The translations under genes and the position numbers were made by a program. This document shows, one piece after another, positions 23,804 through 35,918 of a stretch of 64,000 nucleotides of DNA (its first letter is position 1; every line of letters begins with the position of its first letter). Under the pieces are notes generated by a model. The model worked only from the letters and a program-made list of their open reading frames with translations. It searched no databases and had not been told where the DNA came from. Source of the DNA: Vezdaea acicularis (taxonomy: Eukaryota); contig JAPEUI010000034.1 in NCBI GenBank assembly GCA_026025075.1, positions 1 to 64,000 of the forward strand, written 5' to 3'.

Positions 23804-25606
23804 TTAACGTGCATCTATTTGACTCGAGCCACTAGCAGTGACTGTCTCAAACTCTAGGTCCCAATTATCCACGTCCTTGAATTTCTTTTCTAGAAGTTTC
23901 ATCTGTTTCTTGGCGGCCCCATCCAGTTCAATCGCGCCCCTTCCGCTTCTCTCACTAGGCAGACCCTCGAGCTCGCGTAATAAGCTATTGTCTTCTGGAT
24001 TGAGAGAATCACTCAGTGTCGAGTTGTCGTTAGCGTTTTCTTTATCAGAAGAGCTGCGCCGGCTTGTACCATAAGTTCGTGTGGAACGGGCTGAAGAGGC
24101 ATTGGCTCGAAGTAGCTTCGAGCTCGTGCCATTTACGGTCCTAGCAAGGCCAGTGCCGGGTGTTAGAGTCTCTGAGATGGTCTTGCGGCCCCTTTTTGCT
24201 GGCGGATTAGTCATGGATGGTGGCGGTGGTTTCCCCGGCTTTACACTAGTTGTCCGTCTCGAACGCGTCGAAGGTAATCTGGGATCCTCATCATCTTCAT
24301 TCCCCGTCTCCGTGTCTTCCGAGAGTACTTCTTCGTTCAACGCTACTCCCACAATGGAGTCGCTGCTCGGGATATCAAAGGCATTTTTTGGGGCATGGCG
24401 CCGACGCTTTGGGAGAAGCTCTTGCAGCTTCACCGTTGATAGAGATGGGCGTGATTCCTTCTTGCCACTCTTTACATTGATACGACTTGTGCGCGTACTA
24501 GTTTTCTCCGGTAGTGGCAGTTTGGGTGCAGACCGTCCCCTCTCTGGAGATACTAATGGGCTACTCAGAGGCGGTGCCATGATTTCATCATCTTGATCTG
24601 GTGTTCTAGCTCGCTTTCTTGACAGACCTTCATTCAGTACTAGCGGCGACGACGGAAGGCTGAGATCTCTATTGACCATGGATGGTGACTCAGTCCTACC
24701 GTGAGCTGGCGGTGATGATGGTAAATCTTGAGCAACTTCAGCGAGTTTGCGTTTCAAAGAGTTGACTTCATTCAAGGGGTTCTGTTGTTCGGACGGTTGA
24801 GGCGAAGGACGTAAATGGGACTTAGTGATGTTAAAAGGGGTAGACTCGTCTTCCGGGTTGAAGCTATCGCCATCACCCAGAGTAGCATCGCCGAACGTGT
24901 CCTCCATTGGGCTCCCGGCCCGCGACACTTGAAGTGATCTGATAGCTTGTCCGATGATACTAGGCTTCCGGGCTCGACGTCTGAAGTTCGCTAAGACAAG
25001 AGCTGATTCTTCTACAACGGGAGAAGTACCGGCGTTTGTCGAGCCTTCATCAAGCTCTAATCTAGCCGTCACAGGGTTATGGGCTTCACCAGAGGCAGCA
25101 ATCTTGGTTTCTTTCCGCCGCTCCTTTGACTTTGTGGGTTCGCGCTGTGAATTTGAGAGGTTCGGTGGGGTCCTAGCTCTCCTTCTACCTCCTCTGTTCG
25201 TCGCTCTCGTCGCTCTAGCTTTGGACTTAGTCTCCTCTTGGGCCACTGGAAGTTGTTCGCCGTCTTCTCGTAGAATACGGTTAGCTTCCTCTTGTAATTC
25301 CTTTCTACGCGTTCTCTCAAGCTTCAGAACATCCAGCTCTTCCTTATTCGTCGGCTTGAAACTCCGATCACCCCCTTCGAGCGCTCCAGACATGACAATG
25401 GTTTGACCTTGATGTCCGTTGCTTGCTTGTTTCCTCGTAAATCGGCTCGTTACGACGGTTCCTTCGGTATCTTCACTAAGGTCATCTTCACGAATTGCTG
25501 CGTCACGCGCCGGATTCCGGCGAACTGGCGCCCATGGCGCAAGCTTCTTCGTTACGCGTGCATCGCTTGAAGTGGACGTAATTTTGGACCTTTTCGGTCG
25601 TGGCAT
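23804..25606 (-). CDS. Disordered basic protein with sororin-like C-terminus, KEN box and RTYG motif (probable Sor1/sororin homologue)
   Basis: Single long ORF from MPRPKRSK; ends ...KKQMKLLEKKFKDVDNWDLEFETV...; motif recognition only. Confidence 0.7.
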   Translation of the reverse strand: MPRPKRSKITSTSSDARVTKKLAPWAPVRRNPARDAAIREDDLSEDTEGTVVTSRFTRKQASNGHQGQTIVMSGALEGGDRSFKPTNKEELDVLKLERTRRKELQEEANRILREDGEQLPVAQEETKSKARATRATNRGGRRRARTPPNLSNSQREPTKSKERRKETKIAASGEAHNPVTARLELDEGSTNAGTSPVVEESALVLANFRRRARKPSIIGQAIRSLQVSRAGSPMEDTFGDATLGDGDSFNPEDESTPFNITKSHLRPSPQPSEQQNPLNEVNSLKRKLAEVAQDLPSSPPAHGRTESPSMVNRDLSLPSSPLVLNEGLSRKRARTPDQDDEIMAPPLSSPLVSPERGRSAPKLPLPEKTSTRTSRINVKSGKKESRPSLSTVKLQELLPKRRRHAPKNAFDIPSSDSIVGVALNEEVLSEDTETGNEDDEDPRLPSTRSRRTTSVKPGKPPPPSMTNPPAKRGRKTISETLTPGTGLARTVNGTSSKLLRANASSARSTRTYGTSRRSSSDKENANDNSTLSDSLNPEDNSLLRELEGLPSERSGRGAIELDGAAKKQMKLLEKKFKDVDNWDLEFETVTASGSSQIDAR

Positions 25607-26579
25607 ATTGAGTTCCGAAGTACTCAATGATGTATAGCGGATTCGCGTTCTCGTTACATGCAAAGGAGTTAAATATTGAGGTGGAAGTCGTGATGTTGAG
25701 TACGCGATCCGAATGTTTGGAATGCGGCTCATAAGCGATGCGCCATGCTTGTTCTGGGGTGTGGGGGAAGTATTTCTATTCGTCAAACTTCACTTCATAT
25801 ATCCGGGATTCAGCTAAACCTTCAAATTCACGTGTGAAGACTTTGTTACGATTTAGCATTACCAAATCTTAACAGAAGGCGTCCTGGCCCTTGCCACATC
25901 TTCATTCTTTCATGAAATACGGCTAGATAACTAATATTCCTCTCAAACTTACAACCACAGCTGTTAAACACAATTTCAAGAATAACGTCAAGCCTTTGAT
26001 GATTCAGCTCCGTTTGCGCTCGAATATCCTAGTGAACTCATTTCCATTCAATCACGCATGAGATAAGGATTCTCACATGTCCAACCGAGTTACTAATTCC
26101 GGTCTCCTTCCTTACCTCAATCCTCACGATCTATTTTGCGGCTTTATCACCTAGATAGACAGTCACAAGACTTGGCAACTCGACTTGCTTTGCGATTACT
26201 TCATGCAAACACGATGACAAAGCCCTTAATCGCTAGCATGGAGTCCCTTCTACTGGCTAAGATGTTGTAATCGCATTCGAATTCACAAACGCAACCACAA
26301 GTCCTAGGAACGGATTAGGCGAGGTGTGTCTTGGACCTTCAATTCTAGGGGAGCGTTGCCTAGGTATAGCAAATGATGGGTCTCGAAAGTTATTTCAACC
26401 CACTCAGTGCGAAGGACCTGCCGCGGACTTTTCCAAAGTGATGAGCTAGTACTCGATCTCAAGACTCACCCTCATTTTCACAATAAGTTGAATGTCACCT
26501 GGTGACCTTGCTTCCTCACATCAGCACGTCTTTTGGTGTCAAGATTTTAGAGACTACCTCTGTTCCTCTGTTGGGTGTC

Positions 26580-27768
26580 ATTTAGAGGCTACCAGCCTAC
26601 CCTTTTGCAATCCCGAATTGGACTGCTGGACGTTGATCCTCCAACATGCAAGATCTGAAAGAGCAACATACAAGTATTGATCGGCTGTGTATATGGTTTC
26701 CACGTTACTTGAATATATCATAGTTCACCTGCAACAACCAGATGGGAGCGTGTCTTGCTCTCAATATCCTTCCTTCCGTTCATGTCGTTCCTATAGCGAT
26801 CTTACCAAAGCATGTGTGATCCACTGTTGTTATCTCCTGAAAAAAGGTTCGAACGATGACGTGTCTACAGCGCCCATCAAGGTTCGAGGAAAGATCATCG
26901 ACGATCCGAGCTTTATACCCCTGCCGGGCAATCGACGAATACACTTGCTGGAGAACGAGCCCAACTTGCTGAGATTCATGCAAGATATGCATTAAGACGT
27001 ATTCCTGAATTTCAAACCCTTTATTGTCCCCGAGATCATTGAATCATTGGAAAGGAGACTACGTGCAAAGAGAGCTACATGAATATCTCGGGATAAGTTA
27101 CAATACTTTCTGCTTAATATTTCTAGGTTCTGGGGTAACAACAGTAACGCCTACGTTTGGGCGCAGCTTTCGTGATTTGAGACGACAAGGTTGTTTACTT
27201 CGATGGCTTCGTCACAAAAACGCTCCGATGGTCTTCGTGTAGACTAGAGTGACTCAGATGTGACAAGAACTCGGTGTGGATTTTGCTCAAATGAAACGCA
27301 TTCATCTCCTATCCATCATTCTGTATTCATAGCAAGTTCTAGAGCCCCTTAAAAATACAACTGCAGATTGAAGCCCGGTCTAGCACTCTCAGTTATAGAT
27401 CTGACTACATAAGTTCAGATGCGCATGACTTCTCGGTGAACCTCTATGCCTATGGCCAATTGAACCTACAGCAATTGCTCTCCACTTCAGCCGGTTACTG
27501 TTGTAAGTACGAGCATGAGAACACCAGCCGTGGAAGTAATTCAATCGCGACGTTCCGCGTGGCAGGCGCAAGTTGTCGCGCCATATTCACTGTCTCGTCC
27601 GGCACAATGATAGCCACATTTGCTGCTACTTCTGGCCCCATACAGCGGTGAGTATTTTCTCTTCGACTCGCTCAATTTCCTCCTTACCCTCCCAGTCCTC
27701 TTCATCGCCCTAATCACCGCAGTTATCCTTACTTTCTTCTTCATCCCTATCGCTGTAAGATAGCTCGG
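26580..27768 (+). other. Unresolved intron-rich orphan gene or pseudogene with a hydrophobic C-terminal exon
   Basis: Donors gtaagt (27503) and gtgagt (27648); spliced end reads PHLLLLLAPYSVLFIALITAVILTFFFIPIAVR*; upstream exons cannot be joined unambiguously. Confidence 0.3.
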
Positions 27769-28128
27769 GCCTTCTAAGTTGCGTCAAAGGCAGCTGTAGT
27801 CATTTCCATATAGACTTGTCTGAGCCTTGCTGCGGCGCTCATGCACCTAGATTTGCGACAGGGAATACTTGAGCGGAGGATCAAGAATGTTGTCAAGACC
27901 ACTAGTAAGTTCTTTTATATACCTGGGGTGAAGCTACAGCCGTAGCTGTATCAGAGGACTGTCCAGGCTGGGAGAGGGGGCCAAAGCCATCACCACTAGC
28001 TCCACGGCATAGCAAGCCGCTAGTAGAGGTGTGCGTAGGATACGCTAGGAGAGCCAGACATAATAGCTCTCAGCAGCTCCCCAGCTCAAATGAGAGCTCC
28101 TTGAGAGCGGACTGTGGAGCTTCAAGCG

Positions 28129-30369
28129 TCATTGACCGCTTGCCTCTTCTAAGGCTGCACTTATGAGGGGCTCCGGTATTCCCTGTTTCGGTCCGCGTAA
28201 TGCCATCTCACGCCCTCCTCTAGTTCCCCACCATACAAGACAGATTTGGGCGCGGTCAACGTCCATCTCACCATAGTACAAGACTTCCCAAAGACGACGT
28301 CTGCAAACTTCGGCCATCTGCGGACCCTTCACATAATTAATAAGGCTAGCAGATATTGGCAGCCATTCTTCTAGTATTTCCAGAGACAAGGATGGCAATG
28401 CATCAAGAATGGCAAGAGTTAAGACTGCCTGCTCCGAAAGGGGAGCTATTTCCTGGTTTACTTGTGAGATACTAGAACGCAATGGAGGTAACATATTGCC
28501 CGAAGCGGATAGTGCGCGGTGGTGGAGCATCTCGAGAATGGTCGACGCAAGATCTGGCTGACGAAATGATAGTGATGATGGTGGACTCGCTATGCGCACC
28601 AGTGTTTTGATTGCCACGCGATATTGACGGGGTGACAGGTTCGTAGGGAACACCTTGAACAACGTATCAATGTAGAATGGAAAGATCCTTTGCGCAATAG
28701 CAACATTTTTGGGGGCCACAAGTACTGCTAGAACGACGCTGTGCGCGGCCTCGAATATATCAATGAGGTGAGGACTTATTGCGACTGTCAAGTAAGGCAT
28801 AGCAGCGGCAATCAGTATATCTTCGTTTATTTGTGGGGAGATAGTCAGGGTAAGATTTTCTGCAGTATTCAGGAAGAAAAGGTCCAAGCAACGGTCCAAA
28901 GGGTGCGGTGGAAGCTCTCCCAAAGCACTCGGTTTGGTCTCAAGGAGAAACGACTCCGTATGCGCAGGATATCGTGATAGAACGTCGATGGCGGTAAGAA
29001 ATACGAAAGTTGTGGACGAAAATGCGTTTGATCCCAAACGTGAGGAGATGAAGTACACATTTCGCATAGTGTGTAGGATCTGAGTAGATAGAGTGGGAGC
29101 ACCTTTTCAGTGATGTCAGTAGACTTGCAGAAAGATAATAATTAGACATACTATTATGCTTTGCCAGCTCGCCATCGATCAGAAGCCTTCCCATGATAGA
29201 CTTCATAACAATCGTCATTGCGAAAAGAACAGATCTCAATATTTGCCATAAAAGAGGAATTGTTCTTTTCAAAGCAACTTCGTCTAAATATACCGCCTCT
29301 TCTGAAGCGTCAATCTCTGAGAGCTTGTTCGCACGCCACTGAGAGTTCGTCGTTCTTGAGACATTCAGCAGTGCTTCGACTAGGTTGTGGATGTGCAAGG
29401 GGCTTCGAACGCTCTTGACAGCATGCGCGATAAGACGGGATAGAGGCCCCATCGATGCGACCAACGGTCTTGACGATACTTTTTGAGCCTGGAGGAAAGT
29501 TGGAGACATAGGCTGTTATAGTCAGTAGCCATAGCAATTCAGTCACTGTAGTTCGCGCACATACCAGCCATGTAAATTTATTGTCCTTGACATGTACAAT
29601 GTCTTGATCGATTGTGCCGAGGAGATAACCGGATTGGAAACCTTCAGCGGAGAAGAAGGCGGCCTCCACCAAAGTTGGCAGCAGAGCCTACTTGACATCA
29701 ACGTAATCCCACTTGCAGCCTGAGGTCAACTCACGTCGTAATCGAGTTCCGCCACGAGTACGTTCGGCAGAAGCTCAAACGTATAATTCAACACAAGCGT
29801 CACACATCCACCGCGCAATTCATCCGGGGTGGACTGGGAAAGGGCCAAATTTACAGCTTTCACCACGGCCCTTTCAACATCTCCCTTTAATGTCGAGTAC
29901 AACGGTGGATGGACACGGCCATCCATAGAGAGCAGTAGTCCTCCAAGAGGGAGTAAATGCTTCCATCTTGGGGACTGCTCATCCGCTCCGGCCGCGACAG
30001 CCTTTACCCAAATGTCGTTGTCTGCGTCGCTATACTCCTTCAAGCTACCCGGCGCCCTCGCACTATTGATCCCTCCACCTCTGTTTGTGCCTGCGGTATG
30101 GAAGATGCTTAGGACTTGAAGACACGTACGGAGCCCATCCGGTCGATTCCAGATAGCTGGCGCAATCAACAACTGCCTCGTGAGAAGTGAGATGTTTGCA
30201 GGATTTCTCAGAGTTGTAAGTAAACTCGTAGCTGTAGGAAATAATCTACCGTGCCGTAAGTATGCAGATCTTGAGGCCAGAAGAGACAACAATACCCAGC
30301 AGTATCTTGAGGCACGTGAACATTTTGGAGAGATCGCAGAAGAGCTGCCAAGAGGCGATCTGTTGCCAT
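28129..30369 (-). CDS. PEX8: Peroxin Pex8 (5 exons)
   Basis: N-terminus MATDRLLAALLRSLQ; LLTTLRNPANISLLTRQLLIAPAIW; LFFLNTAE; FEAAHSVVLAV; GEMDVDRA..C..WWGTRGGRE. Confidence 0.92.
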
Positions 30370-30583
30370 TTAAGACACCTGTGATTGCCGTGGTTGGTTA
30401 AATCATTGTTCAGGTTAAATAGGAAACCCAGGGCATATTCTGTGCGCATAGGGGTGATGATGATTTACAACAGCTGCCGAGGTTGAATTATACGTTGTGC
30501 GGTTGTGCCATTCGCGAAATCTCAGTCCGCCCCTGCAGGAATTCCGCTTTCTCCGCTTCCATTCTCGTTATCGACTTTACGCC

Positions 30584-31154
30584 ATGGGGGCTGTTCTGTA
30601 AGTTGAAAGCTTGAACTAACCTGGCCTAAAGCTCTCTAATTGGCTCTAAATAGGGATCACCCGAACCTCCCCGCCAATTACAGTACTCCGGAATTTCCAT
30701 CCCTCTACTGGCCACTTAGAGTCTTACCCGGAGAGCCACAATATCTTTATTACATTAAAGATATCTGGAGGTTCACTTTCCTATGGACCATCATCATGTT
30801 TGGTGGTTTTCACCTTGCTGCAAGCACATACGCTGTTTTGATGCAAGTTCTTGACATGCGTCATCTTAAAGGCAGGCGTGGCTCCTGGTTTGTCTGGCTA
30901 GCTCCGTTCCTGTATGTTATTATCGCGGGAGTTGAAGCTGTCCTTGCCGGTACAGTTGTCGGGTTGATGTATGTGAAAACTCGTAATTCGCACATTGCCT
31001 TGTTCGAGAGTAGCATTACTAATATAGTCATAGTGTTGGCGCTGTTTATACGGCTGGGTATTTTAAGATGTCCACATGGGTCCCATTCCTATGGGCTCTT
31101 ATAAGTGTACTCGTTCTGATACTATCTTCCTTCTCGATTCAAGGCGGCCTCTAG
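30584..31154 (+). CDS. Small integral membrane protein, TMEM170-like (3 exons)
   Basis: FPSLYWP, DIWRFTFLWT, GAVY.AGYFKMSTWVPFLW, C-terminal SSFSIQGGL; three hydrophobic segments. Confidence 0.8.
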
Positions 31155-32085
31155 ATTCCATGGCCAACCTAGCAATTTCTATTGAAAGTATTTTTGTAGT
31201 GCAAAATGCAAAGCAATTCTAGCGACGCTTAGCTTTAAGCGAATACGGGTACATCATCAGCAACATCTTGCCTGGCGTTGCATTGCCAGAAATATTCACG
31301 TATTGTAAACAAGCTCGCTGAAGCAGATGTACTGTGAAAATATCGGATATGTTTGCTGGAAGGCTGCCCATATAGTGGAAGGTCTCCCATGTACCAAGAA
31401 CTTGCAGATATGCGGGAGTAAATGTGTACGTTATAATAGATTATCAATCAAAAGAACGACGCCTCCACTACGTAGAGTCGAGGTGGAGTCGAGGTTGTGG
31501 ACCTGTGCAAGGCCTTCTCCGGGTTCGCGACCGAAACCATGCACCATTTTCGAATAATCACCACCACCGAAAGCCACCTTGCATTCAATAGCAAAAGAAT
31601 AGATAAAGACTAGAAAATTTATTGAAAATTGCCGTATTCTACCTACTCCTTTGGGAAGTAACAATGATGTCAATTGAAAATCTGAAAACGCGAAATAATT
31701 TCACGTGCGATCCCCAATCTGGACAAGGTGGTTTCATCCCGCCCAGTAAATTTACGGCGCCATTGCGGCATGGACTTCTCCGATATTAAGCACGTAGTGC
31801 GATTTACTGACCTGAAAATCCAACATAAGATAGAATTCTCCTCAAGCTCCGTTTCAATTGCTAGAGAGCTTCGATATTGCGTAGTTGCAATAGTGTTAGG
31901 TTTCACGACAACAAGCATCATCAAAAGCTTTCTCGGGCACCGCGAGCACTTGTCCAAACACCCTTGAGCCGCATACTTCCATAGGCCAACACCTCTGGTA
32001 TCGAGCGCGCTACTAGAAGGGTTTGTCCTAGCTTTGGGAGAATTTGTTGGTTCCTCTCTCTGACTGTATCTTAATTCCGGTGCAT

Positions 32086-33518
32086 ATGCCGAGCATGCGG
32101 CACTCCTGGTGGTTTGCATTTTGGGCGTCCATTGTGCATGCGCAATTTCTTGTCGAAAAGCTTAGTTTTGGACACCAAGATGTGTAAGACGCTAGCATTT
32201 GGAGAGAGGCGCTGGTGCTGACACCTGTAGGATCTCTCCAAACCTAAGGGGCATCCCCGAATGGAACATTCAAGGAGAACCTACTCCGCCACAGCTGGTT
32301 AGTAAACTCACCTTTTACATCTGACTGATTGGCTAAGCCTTCACTAGCTCCGTGACCGTATAATTCTTACACCTCCGGCAGTAGGAAACCGTCGGGCGGC
32401 AGTATGGTCCGAAAACCGTATGAATAGTGCAGAATGGGAGTTCACGACCGAGTTTCGAGCCTCAGGCCCAGATAGGGGTGGAGGAAACCTACAAGTCTGG
32501 TATACAAAAGACGGGCGCCTTGGAGCTGGTACTTCTAGTGTCTACACGGTTGGCAGGTTCGACGGCTTGGTGCTCGCGGTAGACCAATACGGTGGCAGCG
32601 GTGGCATGATCCGGGGTTTCCTCAATGATGGCGCCCAGGACTTCAGTAACAGCCACAACGTTGATTCTCTCGCTTTTGGGCATTGCACATACGCTTATCG
32701 CAACCTCGGACGGCTCTCTAAACTCACCATTCGCCAGACCAAGACTGCATTCATCGTAGATATTGACGGTAATAAGTGCTTCTCGACTAATGAGATCCAG
32801 CTACCGTCGGACAATTACCTTGGAATCTCAGCAGGCAGCGCTGAAACCCCTGATTCTTTTGAAGTCTTCAAATTCCTCACAACTACACCGGCGCCAATTA
32901 CAATCGATCCTGCGAACTCAGGCACTATGAGGGAGCAGCAGGACACCCAATTTAGCAACCAACAGCCCATCGCACCAGCTGGCACACCGCCCGAAGCGCC
33001 TGCTTCTCAGTACCGGACGTCTGAAGCTCAGTTCGAGGACTTGCACAACCGCATACAAGCTCTGACGGCGCAGCTATCAGTTCTGCATTCGGCTGTCCTT
33101 GCCTTCACGCAAGTAGGCGAGCAGCGCCATATCGAACTCCTCCAAAGAGCTCGCGTGCCTCACGACCAACTAAACGCCATGGAAGCGCGGCAGCAAGCTA
33201 TTGAGAGATCTGTCATCCAACTTCAACGAGACATAGAAGGGAAGGACTATAAAAACCACTTAATAGACATTAAGGATGCCATGAAGGAAAGCCATAGCTC
33301 CCTGATGACATCTTTGCCTGAGAGCATGGGTCAAAGTAAGTGTCTGATCTTTGTTACTTGAGAATAGCTAGCTCATTAATGCCACCACAGTCGTCGCGAC
33401 CTCGGCACCGCGTATGGGTATGTTCCTCTTCTGGGTGGTGGTTGTACAATTGCTGCTGGCGGCTTCGTACGTGATTTACAAGAAAAGGCGGGCAAACGCG
33501 CCAAAGAAATACCTATAG
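32086..33518 (+). CDS. EMP47: L-type lectin cargo receptor, Emp46/Emp47/ERGIC-53 family (4 exons)
   Basis: Signal peptide, lectin motifs (FDGLVL..D, IRGFLNDG, LAFGHC..YRN), coiled coil, TM helix, C-terminal dilysine PKKYL. Confidence 0.88.
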
Positions 33519-33878
33519 TCGAGCAGTTCTTAGTCCCTCGGTTGCATCATATCTTGTACGAATTTCGGAAAAGGGTACCTTAGGATGTTTGGACCCACAC
33601 TGTATTATAAACAGCACGCTAAAAAGTTGTGCTGACAAAGGTCACCGAAGGCGTTTAACTTCCATGTTTCCACCCCTTTGGTGTCAATCTCGGAACATCT
33701 ATTTCTGCATTTTGTGGGACTGATTGACTATACGTTGGAGACGCTGAAGCATGGATTACCATCAGTAACGCCATGCCTCTTTCGTCCGTATTTAGGGCAA
33801 TGGCACGAGACTCTGGCCAATGCCATATGCTCAGTAGCCTTGCCCACTCTAACGCTCCTTGAACGCAATGGAAGTGCA

Positions 33879-35135
33879 TTAAGCGTCCTCAATCTTTAAT
33901 CTCTTTGCTTCCCCCTCGCCATTGATTGGCGGCCTCCTCGCTTCTTGCTCTGCCCTTGCCGCTCTCTCTTTCCAGGCTTTCCGAATCTGGCCCGCTGCAC
34001 GAATGAGGTCCCCCTCGCCCACGCGATCCATTATGCTCTCCATAACACTGTTCACCGTGCTGATATGATTTGCTTCCTTCTTATCGTCCCGGAAGCGCAG
34101 AAACCTCCAGCGCTGTGCATCGTCCTGCGCGCACTCTACCAGGCGGTCGTCCAGAGGCTCGTTAAGACCTTTAAGGCTCTCCCATTCTTTCTCCTCCATG
34201 TGAAGGTACCCGAAGCGTTGGTAGGTTCCTTTGTCGTGGTTCACGAGGAGGTGCATTGTGGGCATGGCGTCGTAGTCTGGTTGCGGTGAGTAGATACCTG
34301 CTGCCTCATCTTCGGAGTCAGGATCTACGAGGGGAAATTGGAGCTCTAGCCGAAAGTCTATCGAGTTCTCTCGTGCCGGCTTCCATTTTAGGATATGCTC
34401 GTCAGTACCATGCTTATAGGGGCTATTCCGGCATGTGAATATTAGGCCGTCATTACCGTGGGGTAGGTTCGGGAGGACCTGCCGGAACATCATCTCGATC
34501 CCGTAGCCAAGCTCCATTTTCTTGAACTGGACAATGAATGGCAGGTGTTGTATCTCCTCCGGATATTTCTTGTAAAGTGCGGTCCACGGGTTGTATACTT
34601 TATCTCTAAAATACGCGAGCCGTTTGTCGAGTGTGCGATGCATGAGGGACTTGTGATCGAGGAGGAGGCAGTCGAAGACGAGGTACTTGAGCTGGGTACG
34701 CTGTTCGATAATATCATTCACGAGCTCGCCATCTATCAGCGTGCCTCGGTGGAAGTCCTGAAATGTTTTGTCGTTGTCTAGAGGGAAGTGTAGCCCTTCG
34801 ACATAGTAGTAGTCATTCTTACGGTCAATCAAATAGTGCATCTCCCTCCCATTTTCGTCCTCGGAGAAGTAGAGGAGACAGCGTATCCCATCTGATTTCT
34901 CGCATACATAGTAGCTAGGGATGGTCAGTCTGTCTTTAGAGTAAGAATAAGGTCACTTGGGGACTTACTCTTGTCTTTCAAGTTCTTCGATGTGCCGCTT
35001 GGCGAAGCTGACAGGCTGAGCTCCGGGGAACGAGGTTGATCTTCTTTCGAGGAGGTCGGCAACCTCTTGCTGCAACAGTTTAGCCAGCGGAGGTTCGGCT
35101 TTATTGCCGGGTATCTTGGGAATCGAATCAGGCAT
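33879..35135 (-). CDS. CEG1: mRNA capping enzyme, guanylyltransferase subunit (2 exons)
   Basis: FPGAQPVSF, YVCEKSDG (KxDG), TLIDGELV, HGNDGLIFT, LKWKP, RFRDDK..ANH. Confidence 0.97.
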
Positions 35136-35918
35136 GTTTTACGTGTATTAAGGCGTTGAGTTTGTATATGTATTGTCTGCTTCTGGTCAAGCTTTCTGGA
35201 CTGTATTTAGACGGGAATCTTATGCAATAGAGGCTCGAGCTTTTCTTGAGTGCGCTCAAAAGGTGAGACTTGGTATGTCGGTTGTGATCTATCCAGGATA
35301 ATAGCTGCGGACTTGACTTCATATATGTGTTTTCCGGGGTATAGCCTTCCCACAACAAAGCGCGACTTGCATACCTCCGCTCTGTCACATGTAAGAACTT
35401 CGTGACAGCGTGGAATTATATGGAAAGGGCTGGTCTGATCACTTGTATCTTGGCATGACAGCAGGGGAAAGGATCTCAGAAGTCCATCGGTAAGGGTAAA
35501 TGGACGACCAACCTTCAAGTTCTACCCTGAATGTTATGTACGAGAGAAATTCATCTTCCTTTGGCTTTACAAGTACATCTAACATTATGTTTTGCGTGAA
35601 GCTATCATACATTTGCTTCGGCTATTTCGTGATTGTAGAAGCGTAGGTTGTAAGCCCCTCGCAGATACTGGGTTTTAAGACTCGAATAATGTAGTTCATG
35701 CCTATTACGAACGACCTATGAGACTGTCGCTGTTCAGCGCCACTTGCAAACCTAATCATCATCTCACTCCACAAGGTATCAGTACCTAATTGCGGTTTAT
35801 ACTAGACCCGTCACACAACGCCTCCTTTGATGCCCATTTATTTGGAGTGAACGCATATTTCCCCCAAAACACCTGTGTAATTAATTACATCTATAATGCA
35901 GACCATCTATCTGTAGAC

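Noticed and set aside
31235..32080. Short ORFs between the TMEM170-like gene and EMP47
   Set aside because: No motifs and no coherent splice pattern; treated as UTR/promoter
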